This document shows positions 48,129-58,700 of a stretch of 64,000 bases of DNA, one piece after another. Below the pieces are notes generated by a model, which searched no databases, was not told where the DNA came from, and worked only from the letters and a program-made list of their open reading frames with translations. Source of the stretch: an uncultured Gemmatimonas sp. (lineage in GTDB: Bacteria > Gemmatimonadota > Gemmatimonadetes > Gemmatimonadales > GWC2-71-9); the NCBI GenBank assembly GCA_964619465.1, contig CAZUES010000001.1, positions 198,730 to 262,729 on the forward strand. The letters run 5' to 3'. Made by a program: the position numbers and the translations under genes. How positions within the stretch are numbered: position 1 is the stretch's first letter; every line of letters starts with the position of its first letter.

Positions 48129-48839
48129 TCAGTACCTGGGCCGGTGCCGGCCGGTTCGAGAGTCGAGATAGACGGTATCGCCGTCGATCGGGATGTTCCA
48201 GTACCACTCGCCGTTAGGGTCGACCGGATCGAGTGCCTGGGCCGTGATCCACCACTTCCGTCCGACCAGCCGGATCGACGCCCAGCCCTGCGGGTCGGTG
48301 GTGTCGGCAAAGGGACGGGAGAAGAATCCGCGCCCGGTATTGCGTGCCAATCCCCGGAACTCGCGATAGGTGGTATCTTCCCATCGTCGGCTTTCGTCCC
48401 TGAGACGGGCGATGGCCGGTCCAACGGTGTCGCGCATGGCGTCCAGCGCTGTCCGCGCCGTGGCAAGTTCGTGATCGATTCGGGTGGCCGAGTCGGCCAG
48501 GGCCCGAACCTCCGCATCGTCTGCGCCGCGAGAGGCGCGCAGACTGTCATGCAGCCGTCGAGTCGCCCGCGCGCGTTCGCTCGCGCGGACGTAGGCAGCG
48601 AACGGCGTCCGAAACAGCCGAAACAGACTGTCGAGCTCCTGCGTATGAGGACGCGGCCCGGCCTTGTCCTCCAGTTGAGCGAGGATCTCGTCGCGGTCAT
48701 ACGGCAGGAAGGTGACGATCACCCCGGCGAGCGGGGTGTCGATACCGTCGAGGTCGGGAACCGACACGCGCACGGAGACGTCGGGCCGACCACACGCGGC
48801 AACGAAGAGGCATGACGCGACGAATGCGGCTCGGAACAC
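48129..48839 (-). CDS. Hypothetical lipoprotein
   Basis: Lipobox-like FVAAC; stop is 2 bp from the DsbA start. Confidence 0.7.
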   Translation of the reverse strand: MFRAAFVASCLFVAACGRPDVSVRVSVPDLDGIDTPLAGVIVTFLPYDRDEILAQLEDKAGPRPHTQELDSLFRLFRTPFAAYVRASERARATRRLHDSLRASRGADDAEVRALADSATRIDHELATARTALDAMRDTVGPAIARLRDESRRWEDTTYREFRGLARNTGRGFFSRPFADTTDPQGWASIRLVGRKWWITAQALDPVDPNGEWYWNIPIDGDTVYLDSRTGRHRPRY

Positions 48840-49738
48840 GCGGGAAAGTTAGTCTGGTACTGGGTCTGCTCCAATGCATTGCGGGGGCAGCCGGCGCGCA
48901 GCGCGCCTCGGTGGAACAGCTGTTCCCGCCGGCGCCGTCCGGCTATGTGGTGGATCAGGCGGGCGTGATTCCGGCCGACCGTGCTGCCAGCATTGCGGCT
49001 CGTATCGACCTGCTGCGCCAGCACACCGGTGCCGAGGTCGCCGTGGTTACCTTGCCGACGCTGGGCAGTTACGAGCCGGTCGATGTCGCGGTTGCCATCG
49101 GACGGACCTGGAAAGTCGGCGCCGCGGCCGAGATCGGCGACCCCCGTCGGAATGCCGGCGTGGTCATGTTGATCGTGCCGCGGACCGACTCGACGGCTGG
49201 TCGGATGTTCATCGCGACGGGCCGTGGCGTGGAAGGCTTCGTGACTGATGCCGTGGCCGGTCGAATCCGCGACCGGATGCGGCCGCTCCTCTCGGCCGGC
49301 GATTACGGAGCGGGAATCGAGCGTGGTGTGACCGATTTGGCGTCGGTCATCGCGAGAGGCTTCGGCGTTACTGACACCAGCCTGGTGGGCGAGGACCGCT
49401 CGATTTTCGAGCGGGCCGACCGCCCCATTCCGCGGGAAGCCATCGGGATCATCGCTGCCGGAGTGATCATCCTGGTTGTAATGGCGATTGCGATTTCGCG
49501 CGGCGGCGGCGGATCGGGACCGGGCGGCGGCCGCGGGGGACGACACCGTTCGGGACGCGGTTCGGACGACGACTGGGCCTATTGGCTCGGCGCGGTCCTG
49601 GGCAGTCAAACGGGGCGCCGGTCCGGTGGCGGCTGGGGCGGCGGAAGTAGCGGAAGTTGGGGCGGCGGGGGTGGCGGGTTCGGGGGATTCGGCGGGGGTG
49701 GCGGATTCACCGGCGGGGGAGCAGGGGGAAACTTCTGA
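48812..49738 (+). CDS. TPM domain-containing membrane protein (true start probably slightly downstream)
   Basis: YVVDQAGVI, AEVAVVTLPTL, WKVG, GVVMLI, IATGRGVEG, one TM and a Gly-rich tail GGGFGGFGGGGGFTGGGAGGNF. Confidence 0.88.
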   Translation: MTRRMRLGTRGKVSLVLGLLQCIAGAAGAQRASVEQLFPPAPSGYVVDQAGVIPADRAASIAARIDLLRQHTGAEVAVVTLPTLGSYEPVDVAVAIGRTWKVGAAAEIGDPRRNAGVVMLIVPRTDSTAGRMFIATGRGVEGFVTDAVAGRIRDRMRPLLSAGDYGAGIERGVTDLASVIARGFGVTDTSLVGEDRSIFERADRPIPREAIGIIAAGVIILVVMAIAISRGGGGSGPGGGRGGRHRSGRGSDDDWAYWLGAVLGSQTGRRSGGGWGGGSSGSWGGGGGGFGGFGGGGGFTGGGAGGNF

Positions 49739-50460
49739 TGCGACCAGAGGTCAGGGCGATCATCGAGAAAGTCGGCGTCAGCGTGAGCGAGTCGTTAGGC
49801 GCAACCGCCTCGGCCGTGCTCTACGGCTCGGCCGCCCGGGACGAACATCTCGACGACTACTCCGATCTCAACGTTCTGCTGGTGGCCGAGTCGTTGGAAC
49901 CGCAGGTGCTGCAGCGGCTGCGCGCGGCAATCGAACCGCTCCGGGCGCACTCGCGGGTGCCGCCGCTCATTTTTACGCTCGACGAATGGCGCCGCTCGGC
50001 CGATGTTTTCCCGATCGAGATCGTCGACATGCAGGTGGCCCGTCGGATCCTGGCAGGTCCCGATCCGCTCGAGCGCATGGCGGTGGCGCCCGACGACCTC
50101 CGGCGCGCGTTGGAGCGTGAGTTCCGCGGCAAACTGCTGCGGTTGCGCCAGGCGTATGCCCTGCTCGACGATCAACCGGGCGTGCTGGCCGAAACGGTGG
50201 TGCGCAGCATCTCCGTGCTGGCGGTGCTGTTCCGCGCCACGCTGGTACTGGCGGACGGACGGGCACCGGTTGACACCCAGCAGGTCATGGCGCGGGCGGC
50301 GACCGTCATCGGTTTCGATGCGGAGTCGGTAACTTCGATCTATCAGGCGCGCGGGAGCAGGCGGCCCGCGGTTGGGCGCGAGGCAACCGAACGGTATCTG
50401 GCCGCGGTTGGTCGCGCCGTGCAGTTCATCGATCAATTCCATCTGGGAGGGACCCCGTAA
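49738..50460 (+). CDS. Nucleotidyltransferase-fold protein
   Basis: VLYGSAAR...SDLNVLLV, PLIFT, DVFPIEIVDM and a helical C-terminal domain; coupled TGATG to the TPM gene. Confidence 0.75.
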   Translation: MRPEVRAIIEKVGVSVSESLGATASAVLYGSAARDEHLDDYSDLNVLLVAESLEPQVLQRLRAAIEPLRAHSRVPPLIFTLDEWRRSADVFPIEIVDMQVARRILAGPDPLERMAVAPDDLRRALEREFRGKLLRLRQAYALLDDQPGVLAETVVRSISVLAVLFRATLVLADGRAPVDTQQVMARAATVIGFDAESVTSIYQARGSRRPAVGREATERYLAAVGRAVQFIDQFHLGGTP

Positions 50461-51026
50461 TGCTCGCCGTGATTCGCCCCATTGCGTTGGCTGCGCTCGT
50501 GATCGGCGCCGGAACCGGGTGCGGGTACAATCAGATCCAGGCCAAGGACGAGGGGGTCAACAAGGCTCTTGGCGATGTCCAGGCCCAGTTGCAGCGACGG
50601 GCGGACCTGATTCCGAACCTGGTTGAAGTGGTGCGTGGTGTCGCCAAGCAGGAATCGACCATCTTCATCTCGGTTGCCGAGGCACGCTCGCGGCTGGCGG
50701 GCGCGGTCCAGTCGGGCAGCGTGGCCGACATGGCGCAGGCCGACGAAGCGCTCCGCCAGCCGCTCGGCCGGTTGCTGGCGCTGGTGGAGAACTATCCCGA
50801 ACTCAAGTCGAACCAGAACTTTCTGGATCTCCAGAGTCAGCTCGAGGGCACGGAAAACCGGATTTCGGTAGCCAGGCAGGATTACAACGGCGCGGTGCGG
50901 GACTACAATACCTTCGTCCGGACTTTTCCGTACAATCTGACTGCCAAGGTATTTGGAGCGGGAACGACGAAACCGTATTTCGAAGCGAGCCCAGGCGCGG
51001 AGGCCGCGCCACAGATCAAGTTCTAG
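50460..51026 (+). CDS. lemA: LemA family protein
   Basis: CGYN, QLQRRADLIPNLV, ENYPELKSNQNF, LEGTENRI, YNGAVRDYN. Confidence 0.93.
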   Translation: MLAVIRPIALAALVIGAGTGCGYNQIQAKDEGVNKALGDVQAQLQRRADLIPNLVEVVRGVAKQESTIFISVAEARSRLAGAVQSGSVADMAQADEALRQPLGRLLALVENYPELKSNQNFLDLQSQLEGTENRISVARQDYNGAVRDYNTFVRTFPYNLTAKVFGAGTTKPYFEASPGAEAAPQIKF

Positions 51027-51033
51027 CCGGCGA

Positions 51034-51951
51034 TCAGTCCGTCACGACGTCCGGGAGCAGGTACCGGAGCGGGTTGACCGGACGGCCGTTGACGTGCACC
51101 TCGTAGTGCAGGTGGGGGCTGGTGGACAGGCCGCTGTTGCCGACCAGCGCAATCCGCTGGCCCCGCTCGACCCGGACGCCCACCTTGACGAGCAGTCGTG
51201 ATGCGTGGGCAAACCGGGTGACGATGCCGTATCCGTGGTCGATCGTCACCACGTTACCGTAGCCGGCCTCCCATCCCGCGAACGTCACGCGTCCTCGGGC
51301 CGGGGCCTCGATCGGGGTGCCCATCGGAGCCGTGATGTCGACGCCTTCATGGGGCCGCGCGGTGTGGAGGATCGGATGGTCACGCATGGCGGTGAAGGCG
51401 CTGCTCAGCCAGCCGCGCGTCGGCATGATCGACGGAGTGGCGGCAAGCCGGTCGGTATGTGATGCCAGGCTGTCGGCGGCTTCCCGGAACGACCGCGTCA
51501 GCAGATTGGCGCGCCGGATCAGCGCGTCGACATCGACCCGCACCACGCTCGCGCGGGACTCGAGTTCTCCAGCCGGCGCACTGCCGTTGACCGGGGCGGG
51601 ACCGCCGATGCCTGCGGCGTGTACCTGCGGATCGATCGGCTCCAGATTGGCGAGCAGTCGAATTTTGCTATCGTGGACTTCGAGGGTCGAGATCGAATCG
51701 GTCAGCCGGGCAAGGCGGCTCTGGATGGCATTGAGGTCGGCTGCCAGGCGCGTATTCTCTTCCGCAATGGCCTGGGCTTCGTACATGTTGATCGAGCGGG
51801 CCACGGTGCCGTAGCCCAGGAAGAGTGTGACGATCACCGCGCCCAATGCCAGAATGGCGCCGAGCTTCATAGCGGTTTCGGTGATCTCGATGACACGAGA
51901 TCGGCTCGAACCCTGTGGAACGACGATGATAGTCCAGCGGTTCTTCTTCAT
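51034..51951 (-). CDS. M23 family metallopeptidase
   Basis: TM plus coiled coil, PSIMPTRG, HEGVD (HxxxD), GYGNVV, GLSTSPHLHYEV. Confidence 0.92.
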   Translation of the reverse strand: MKKNRWTIIVVPQGSSRSRVIEITETAMKLGAILALGAVIVTLFLGYGTVARSINMYEAQAIAEENTRLAADLNAIQSRLARLTDSISTLEVHDSKIRLLANLEPIDPQVHAAGIGGPAPVNGSAPAGELESRASVVRVDVDALIRRANLLTRSFREAADSLASHTDRLAATPSIMPTRGWLSSAFTAMRDHPILHTARPHEGVDITAPMGTPIEAPARGRVTFAGWEAGYGNVVTIDHGYGIVTRFAHASRLLVKVGVRVERGQRIALVGNSGLSTSPHLHYEVHVNGRPVNPLRYLLPDVVTD

Positions 51952-52115
51952 GCCCACCTGGCACAAACCGAGTCTGATCGTCTTTTGAACGACGGTTGGC
52001 GGTCCGGCAAATTTCATGATTTGTGAGGGGCTAAAGCGCCCCACGCCTTCCTGGCGGAAACCAGGCCCCCGGCGCTTGTCCGTTCAGCAAGTTTCCCGCC
52101 CGAACAGACCGACCA

Positions 52116-52144
52116 ATAATGCGTCTCGATCCGGGCCCTGTCAA
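52116..52144 (-). promoter_or_regulatory. Sigma70-type promoter for the M23 gene
   Basis: Minus strand TTGACA-N17-CATTAT. Confidence 0.55.
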
Positions 52145-52185
52145 GCATTGACATTCAACAAGCTATGTCGTTGCTGTGTAATAGT

Positions 52186-53709
52186 TTAGCTGTTCGATCC
52201 CGGGGCGGGCTTGGGAAAGAGGATGTCCGGTCGCGCAACAGTGAGTCCCGCTCCGGACGCATTCTGCAGCAGGGCCCAGGACGCGGAGTCGATCGGAGCG
52301 GAATAACCCAGGGCATTCCAGATCTTGGTGGCGCGGTCGGGCAGGTAGGGCGAAGCCAGGATGGCCAGGCGCGTCAAGGTCCGATGCAGCGCGGCGAGGA
52401 CCGTGTCGAGTTCCTGGTCGGCCCCGGCCTTGGCCAGACTCCAGGGTGCGGATCGGGTGATGTACAGGTCCGCGGCCGTGACCAGGCCCCAGGCCGCTTC
52501 GAGCGCACCTTTCAGGTCGTAGCGGTCGAGTGCCGTCTGATAGGCGGGCAGATGCTGGTCCCGTGCCGCCTGGTCGAGCTCGGTGTCCGGACCTGCCGGT
52601 ACCAGCCCGCCCCGATAGCGCTCGATCATGGCGAGAGAACGGGCGGTGAGGTTGCCGAGGCCATCCGCCAGGTCCGCATTATATCGGGCGTCGAAGCGAT
52701 CCCAGGTAAAATCACCGTCGTTCTCGAAACCCACTTCGCGCATCAGGAAATAGCGGAGCGCATCGGAGCCGTAGCGATTGATGGCATCGTCCAGATTGAC
52801 TGCCGTGCCCGCCGTCTTGGACATCTTGGTGCCCAGCCACTGGACGTAGCCGTGGGCCCAGACGGCCCGGGGTGGTGCAATGCCGGCCGCCAGGCACATG
52901 GCCGGCCAGAGCACGCAGTGGAACCGGGAGATGCCCTTGCCGATGATATGGAGGTCGGCCGGCCAGAGGCGCTGGTAGCCCTCGTCAGGGAAACCCGTGG
53001 CCGAGAGGTAGTTGATGACTGCGTCGAACCAGACGTAGATGGTATGCTGGCTGCTCTGCGGGAAGGGAATGCCCCACGGCAGCCGCGACCGCGAAATCGA
53101 AATATCCTGCAGCCCGCTTTCCAGCAGTCGCAGCATCTCGTTGCGCCGGATGGCCGGCTCGACCGACAGCTCGCCCGAGGTGATCATGCCGAGCAGGCGA
53201 TCGCCATAGGCGGAGAGGCGGAAGAAGTGGTTCCGCTCCTTGGTCGGGACCAGGGCCAGCGTGGGATGCTCACCGCAGCGTCCGTCGACGATCTGGCTTT
53301 CGGTCTTGAACTCCTCACAACCGGTACAGTAGAGCCCCTCGTAGTCCGCCAGGTAGACGTCATTCGGGCTGCGTTCCTGAATCCGACGCAGCAGGTCTTC
53401 GACCGCGCGGACATGCCGCGGCTCAGTGGTCCGAATCCAGTCGTCGTAGCTGCAGTCGAGCCGGCTCCAGAATCGGGCAAACCGATCGGCCATCTGATCG
53501 ACCCAGGCCTGCGGCGAAACCCCGTGCCGTTCCGACATCTGGATCACGCTCTGCGAGTTCTCGTCCATTCCCATCAGGAAATGCACGTCGTCACCCCGCA
53601 GCCGCCGGTAGCGCGCGATCACGTCGGCGCCGACCTTTTCGAGCGCGTGCCCCAGGTGCGGGTCGCCGTTGGAGTAGTCGATCGCGGTCGTGAGGAAGAA
53701 CTTGGCCAC
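52186..53709 (-). CDS. metG: Methionine--tRNA ligase (short form)
   Basis: TTAIDYSNGDPHLGH, CTGCE knuckle, YVWFDA, KMSKT, LGNL. Confidence 0.96.
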   Translation of the reverse strand: MAKFFLTTAIDYSNGDPHLGHALEKVGADVIARYRRLRGDDVHFLMGMDENSQSVIQMSERHGVSPQAWVDQMADRFARFWSRLDCSYDDWIRTTEPRHVRAVEDLLRRIQERSPNDVYLADYEGLYCTGCEEFKTESQIVDGRCGEHPTLALVPTKERNHFFRLSAYGDRLLGMITSGELSVEPAIRRNEMLRLLESGLQDISISRSRLPWGIPFPQSSQHTIYVWFDAVINYLSATGFPDEGYQRLWPADLHIIGKGISRFHCVLWPAMCLAAGIAPPRAVWAHGYVQWLGTKMSKTAGTAVNLDDAINRYGSDALRYFLMREVGFENDGDFTWDRFDARYNADLADGLGNLTARSLAMIERYRGGLVPAGPDTELDQAARDQHLPAYQTALDRYDLKGALEAAWGLVTAADLYITRSAPWSLAKAGADQELDTVLAALHRTLTRLAILASPYLPDRATKIWNALGYSAPIDSASWALLQNASGAGLTVARPDILFPKPAPGSNS

Positions 53710-54795
53710 TTAAACGTCCGGTGTAGAAGGATTCGAGGGGCCGCTGCCGCCGCGCCCCCGGCGGCGGCGCCGCCGCTTGGTGCGCCCGCCCGGACGCTCC
53801 GGCTCGGTCGCGGGCGCATCGGAGGGCTCGACGGCAGCCTGAGGAGCGGGCTCCGGCCGACTCGGTTGCTGCGCTATGGGCGGGCGGGCGGGGCGCTCAG
53901 CGCGCTCGGCGCGGGGCCGAGCTGCCGGCTCTGCCGCCGGTGCCGCCTGGTCGACCCCCTCCATTTCCTCGCGCAGATCCGCCAGCAGTACGGTGCGGTG
54001 GCCGTGCTCGTCACCGCGCAGGAAGACCCGCTCGCGGAAAATGTCGACGGCAATCACCTTCTCGGCGCCCCGCCCGGTTCGCACCGTCTTGCCCTCTTTG
54101 GGAAAGCGTTTGCGCGAGGTGACGTAGAACTCGTGCTCGTACTTGAGGCAGCAGAGCAAGCGACCGCAGCCGCCCGAGATCTGCGCCGGGTTGAGCGAAA
54201 GATGCTGGTCCTTGGCCAGCGCCAGGCTGACCGGGTCGAGCGACTTGAGCCAGGTCGAACAGCAGTATTCCTTGCCGCAGCGGCCCACGCCGCCCAGGCG
54301 CGCGGCTTCGTCGCGCACGCCGATCTGGCGCAGCTCGATCCGGGTCTTGAAGGTCGAGGCCAGGTCGCGCACCAGGTCGCGGAAATCGACCCGTTTCTCT
54401 GCCGTGAAATAGAAGGTGAGCTTCTTGCGATCCCACTGCCACTCGGCATCCGAGACCTTCATCTCGAGGCCGTAGTGGCGGACTCGCTCGGTGGCACGGA
54501 TCCTGGTGGTATCCTCCGACCGCCGGAGGTCGTTGGCGGCGCGGATCTCATCTTGCGTAGCAACCCGGAGCACCGGCCGGGTGGGGGCGGGCGGTGTGCT
54601 GCCTGAGGCGCAACCACTGCAGCCGGCTGCGCATTTCTTCGCCGCAGTGTCTCCGGTAACGCCCACGCGGCCAAAATCGAGTCCCCGCTCCACTTCCACC
54701 ACGACCGGCTGGTGAAGGTGCAGGGATTCGGGCCCGTCCCAGAGAAAGTAGTCTTTCCGGTTGCCCTTGAAGCGTACTTCGACGGTGGTCGGCAT
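53710..54795 (-). CDS. PSP1/RicT (YaaT) family protein
   Basis: VEVRFKG, YFTAEKRVDFRDLV, RIELRQIGVRDEA, CCSTW, ISGGCGRLLCCLKYE; Arg-rich tail. Confidence 0.92.
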   Translation of the reverse strand: MPTTVEVRFKGNRKDYFLWDGPESLHLHQPVVVEVERGLDFGRVGVTGDTAAKKCAAGCSGCASGSTPPAPTRPVLRVATQDEIRAANDLRRSEDTTRIRATERVRHYGLEMKVSDAEWQWDRKKLTFYFTAEKRVDFRDLVRDLASTFKTRIELRQIGVRDEAARLGGVGRCGKEYCCSTWLKSLDPVSLALAKDQHLSLNPAQISGGCGRLLCCLKYEHEFYVTSRKRFPKEGKTVRTGRGAEKVIAVDIFRERVFLRGDEHGHRTVLLADLREEMEGVDQAAPAAEPAARPRAERAERPARPPIAQQPSRPEPAPQAAVEPSDAPATEPERPGGRTKRRRRRRGRGGSGPSNPSTPDV

Positions 54796-55754
54796 CAGAC
54801 CTCCGCGAAGACCCCCATCGCCCCGTACTTGTCGGCGCGGCGCTTGACCAGCTTCTCGGGTCGAATCTTCCGAAGTTCGTTGACGTGCTTGACCAGCGTG
54901 GCGCGGAGCGACTCACCCGCGGCCTCCGGGTCCTGGTGCGCCCCCCCGACCGGTTCCGGGATGATCTCGTCGATGATCTTGAAGCGCAGCAGATCGGTCG
55001 CCGTGATCTTGAGCGCTTCGGCCGCGCGCTCGCGCTGACTGGCATCTTTCCAGAGAATCGCTGCGCAGCCTTCGGGCGAAATCACCGAATAGACCGAATT
55101 TTCGAACATCAGGACGCGATCAGCCACGCCGAGCGCCAAGGCGCCGCCCGAGCCGCCCTCGCCGATGACGCAGCTGATGATCGGCGTCGGCAGCGCGGCC
55201 ATCTCCAGGATATTGGTGGCCAGCGCTTCCGATTGTCCGCGCTCTTCCGCGCCGATACCGGGATACGCGCCCGGCGTGTCGATCAGGGTGACGACGGGCG
55301 CATGGAAACGGGCCGCCAGCTTCATCAGCCGGAGCGCCTTGCGATACCCCTCCGGGTGCGGCATGCCGAAGTTCCGCCGGATGTTCTCCCGGGTATCGCG
55401 GCCCTTCTGGTGGCCGATCACCATCACCGTCTGCCCGGCCAGACGAGCCCAGCCGCCGACGATGGCGAGGTCGTCGCGGAACAGGCGGTCGCCGTGCAGC
55501 TCGACGAAATCGGTGAAGATCGAACCGAGGTAGTCGAGGGTGTAGGGACGCTTGGGATGGCGCGCGACGCTGACCCGCTGCATCGGGGTCAGACTGCGGT
55601 AGATGTCCTGCCGCAGGCTCACCAGCTTGCCTTCGAGCGTCGCAATTTCCTCGTCGACGTCGATCTGCCGTTCCTCACCGACGCGGCGAAGCTCCTCGAT
55701 CTGGCGTTCCAGCTCGAGCAGCGGCTTTTCGAAGTCCAAGGTATGTACGGCCAT
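54795..55754 (-). CDS. accA: Acetyl-CoA carboxylase carboxyltransferase alpha subunit
   Basis: LDFEKP, ARHPKRP, GMPHPEGYRKA, DTPGAYPG, GEGGSGGALA, SVISPEGCA. Confidence 0.97.
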   Translation of the reverse strand: MAVHTLDFEKPLLELERQIEELRRVGEERQIDVDEEIATLEGKLVSLRQDIYRSLTPMQRVSVARHPKRPYTLDYLGSIFTDFVELHGDRLFRDDLAIVGGWARLAGQTVMVIGHQKGRDTRENIRRNFGMPHPEGYRKALRLMKLAARFHAPVVTLIDTPGAYPGIGAEERGQSEALATNILEMAALPTPIISCVIGEGGSGGALALGVADRVLMFENSVYSVISPEGCAAILWKDASQRERAAEALKITATDLLRFKIIDEIIPEPVGGAHQDPEAAGESLRATLVKHVNELRKIRPEKLVKRRADKYGAMGVFAEV

Positions 55755-55756
55755 AT

Positions 55757-58700
55757 CTATCCGGCTTTCACCAGTCGCACCGCATCGGGCCCGAGCAGGG
55801 TCCTGAGCGAGTGGACCAGGTCTTCTTCAGGGGTGACGCGAAGCCGGCGGGACTGCATCCGGGCCGACTCCCCGTTGCCATCGTTCCACTCAATATAGAC
55901 CGGCGCCGGTCCATCGTGGCTGGCGCAGAGCGCGGCCAGAGCCCGCATGTCGTTGGCGGACGGCGGGTTAGGAGCCGACCACCGGATGGACAGGGCCACC
56001 GCTCCGATCTTCCGGAAATCCGACAACATCCGGGCCGACTCGACCACGAACGGGGCCCGGTCCTCGCCCCGGTCCCGCTGGCTGTACCCCCCGGTCAGCA
56101 GCATGCAGCCGTCGAGCACGATGGTCTGGTTGAGCTGGGCCCAGGCATCGGGAAAGACCAGGGCCTCCGCCGTCCCATGGAAATCTTCCAGCACCAGCCG
56201 CGCGTACTCCTTGCCCGTCTTCTTCGAGATCTGCCGTTTGACGGCGGTGACCACGGCGCCGATGGTGACCTGTTGCTCGCTCCAGGTCGAGAGGGTCGCA
56301 GTGGTCCGGGTGCCGAACAGTTCGACCTCGCTCCGGAACGGCTCCAGCGGGTGGCCGGAGATGAAAAAACCCAGCAACTCCTTTTCCCGGGCCAGCCGCT
56401 CTGCCTCGGTCCATTCCGGCATGTCGGGCAGGTCCGAGGACGCAGGTCGAGCCGGGGCGGGGGCATCGCCGAACAGAGAGCCCTGGCCGGCCTCACGTTC
56501 CTGGTGGAGAAGTTGCGCTTCGCCCAGGGCGTTGTCGAGGGCTGCCATCAACTGGGCCCGGTGACCGGGCATCGAGTCGCAGGCGCCGGCCGCGATCAGC
56601 GACTCGATCACCCGCTTGTTGCAGAGCCGCAGGTCGATCCGGGACACCAGATCGGTCAGGCTGATGATCGGCCCATCCACCCGGGTGCCGACGATCGATT
56701 CGATGGCGCCTCGTCCGACGTTGCGCACCGCACCGAGCCCGAACCGGATCCGGGTATCCTCGATCACCGTGAACTTGAAGCCGGATTGGTTGACGTCCGG
56801 GGGGAGGACTTCGAGCCCCAGCTCCCGGGCTTCATTGATATACTGGACCACCTTGTCCGTGTCGCCGATTTCTGATGACAGGAGCGCCGCCATGAACTCG
56901 GCCGGGTAGTGCGCCTTGAGCCAGGCGGTCTGGTACGACAGGACCGAGTAGGCCACCGAGTGCGACTTGTTGAAGCCGTAGCGGCCGAAGGTTTCGATCT
57001 GCCCCGAGAGTTCCTCCATCAGGTCGGCGTCGTGACCCAGCGCAATGCCGCGTTCGACGAACTTGCCCAGCTCCTTCTTGATCAGCTCGGCGTCCTTCTT
57101 ACCGACCGCTTTGCGGAGTACGTCGGCTTCGGCGAGCGAGAAGCCCGCCAGCACGTTGGCAATCCGCATCACCTGTTCCTGGTAGGTGATGACGCCGTAG
57201 GTCGGCTCCAGCACCTCGACCAGGGACGGATGCGGATAGGAAACCGGCTCCTGACCGAGCTTCCGCTTGATGAAGACCAGGTGCATCCCGGTGTCGAGCG
57301 GTCCCGGGCGGAGCAGCGCGTTGGAGGCGACCAGGTCGTCGAACCGGTCGCAGCGCATCTGGCGGAGCGTTTCGGTTGCCAGCGACGATTCGAACTGGAA
57401 GACGCCGGCGGTACGCCCGCGACGGAGCAACTCGTAAACGGCCGGGTCGTCGAGCGTGAGTGCGCCCATGTCGAGGTCGATGCCGTGGCGCGTCTTGACC
57501 ATGGCAACCGCGTCGTGGATCACAGTCAGCGTCTTGAGGCCCAAGAGATCCATCTTGAGCATGCCGACCTTCTCGAGCGCCACCATGTCATACTGCGTGA
57601 TCATGGCGCTCTCACCGTCCTGTGACGCTCCCGCCCCCTTGGTGGGCGCGGTGCAGACCGGGACGTAATCGGGCAACGGACCGGGGGCAATGACCACGCC
57701 AGCCGCGTGCACCGACAAATGGCGTGAGATCCCCTCGATCCGCGAGGCGAGTTCAGCCATCCGCGCGTACTGCGGCGAGAGTCGCACCAGTTCCGCCAGC
57801 TCCGGAACCTTCTTCACAGCTTCGGGAATGGTCAGGCTGTAGGCCGGCCCCGACGGGATCAGCTTAGTGATCTTGTCGGCTTCGCCCGGCGGGATCTTCA
57901 TGACCCGGGCAACGTCCTTGACCGCCGCGCGGGCCTTCATGGTTCCGAAGGTGACGATCTGTCCGACGCTCTCGCGGCCGTAGCGGGTCCGGACATACTC
58001 GATCACTTCGCCCCGGCGTTCGAAGCAGAAGTCGACGTCGATATCCGGCATCGAGACGCGCTCGGGGTTCAGGAAGCGTTCGAAGAGGAGGTCGAACTTG
58101 AGGGGACAGACGTCGGTAATGCCGAGACTGTAGGCCACCAGCGACCCCGCAGCCGAGCCGCGGCCCGGCCCGACCGGGATGCCGCGTTCCCGGGCGGCGG
58201 CGATGAAGTCCTGGACGATCAGGAAGTAGCCGGAGTAGCCGGCCGTGACGATGACACCGAGTTCGTAACGGAGCCGCTCGGCCACCGGATCGGGCATCGG
58301 GGCGCCGTAGCGCTGCTCGGCTCCCTGCGTAGCAAGAGCGGTGAGCAGAGCGTTGTCGTCGGCATACTCCACCGGGCGCGGGAAGCTCGGAAGGAAGTAC
58401 CGCTTCTCGAAGTCGAATTCGCAGAGGTTGGCGACCGTGACGGTATTGTCGAGCGCCTCGGGCACCTGCGAGAAGAGCTTCCGCATCTCCTCTTCGCTCT
58501 TGACGTAGGTCTCGGACCCGGTAAAGCGGAACCGTTTCGGGTCGTCCAGGTCGGCGCCCGTGCCGATTGCCAGCAGGACGTCGTGCGCTTCGGCGTCTTC
58601 TCTGCGCAGGTAGTGCGCGTCGTTGGTGGCCACCACCGGCAGCCCCAAGTCCCGGGAGAGCTCGAGCATCCCGTCGAGGACTTTCTTCTCGTCCGGGATA

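Noticed and set aside
49495-49735. GGC-rich repeat tract, and the CCG tract near 59575-59600
   Set aside because: These encode the Gly-rich TPM tail and a poly-Pro linker; coding low complexity, not a DNA repeat element.
52165-54606. 813-aa plus-strand ORF (and similar long antisense ORFs over fdsA, dnaE and the NRPS)
   Set aside because: No recognisable motifs and fully antisense to conserved genes.
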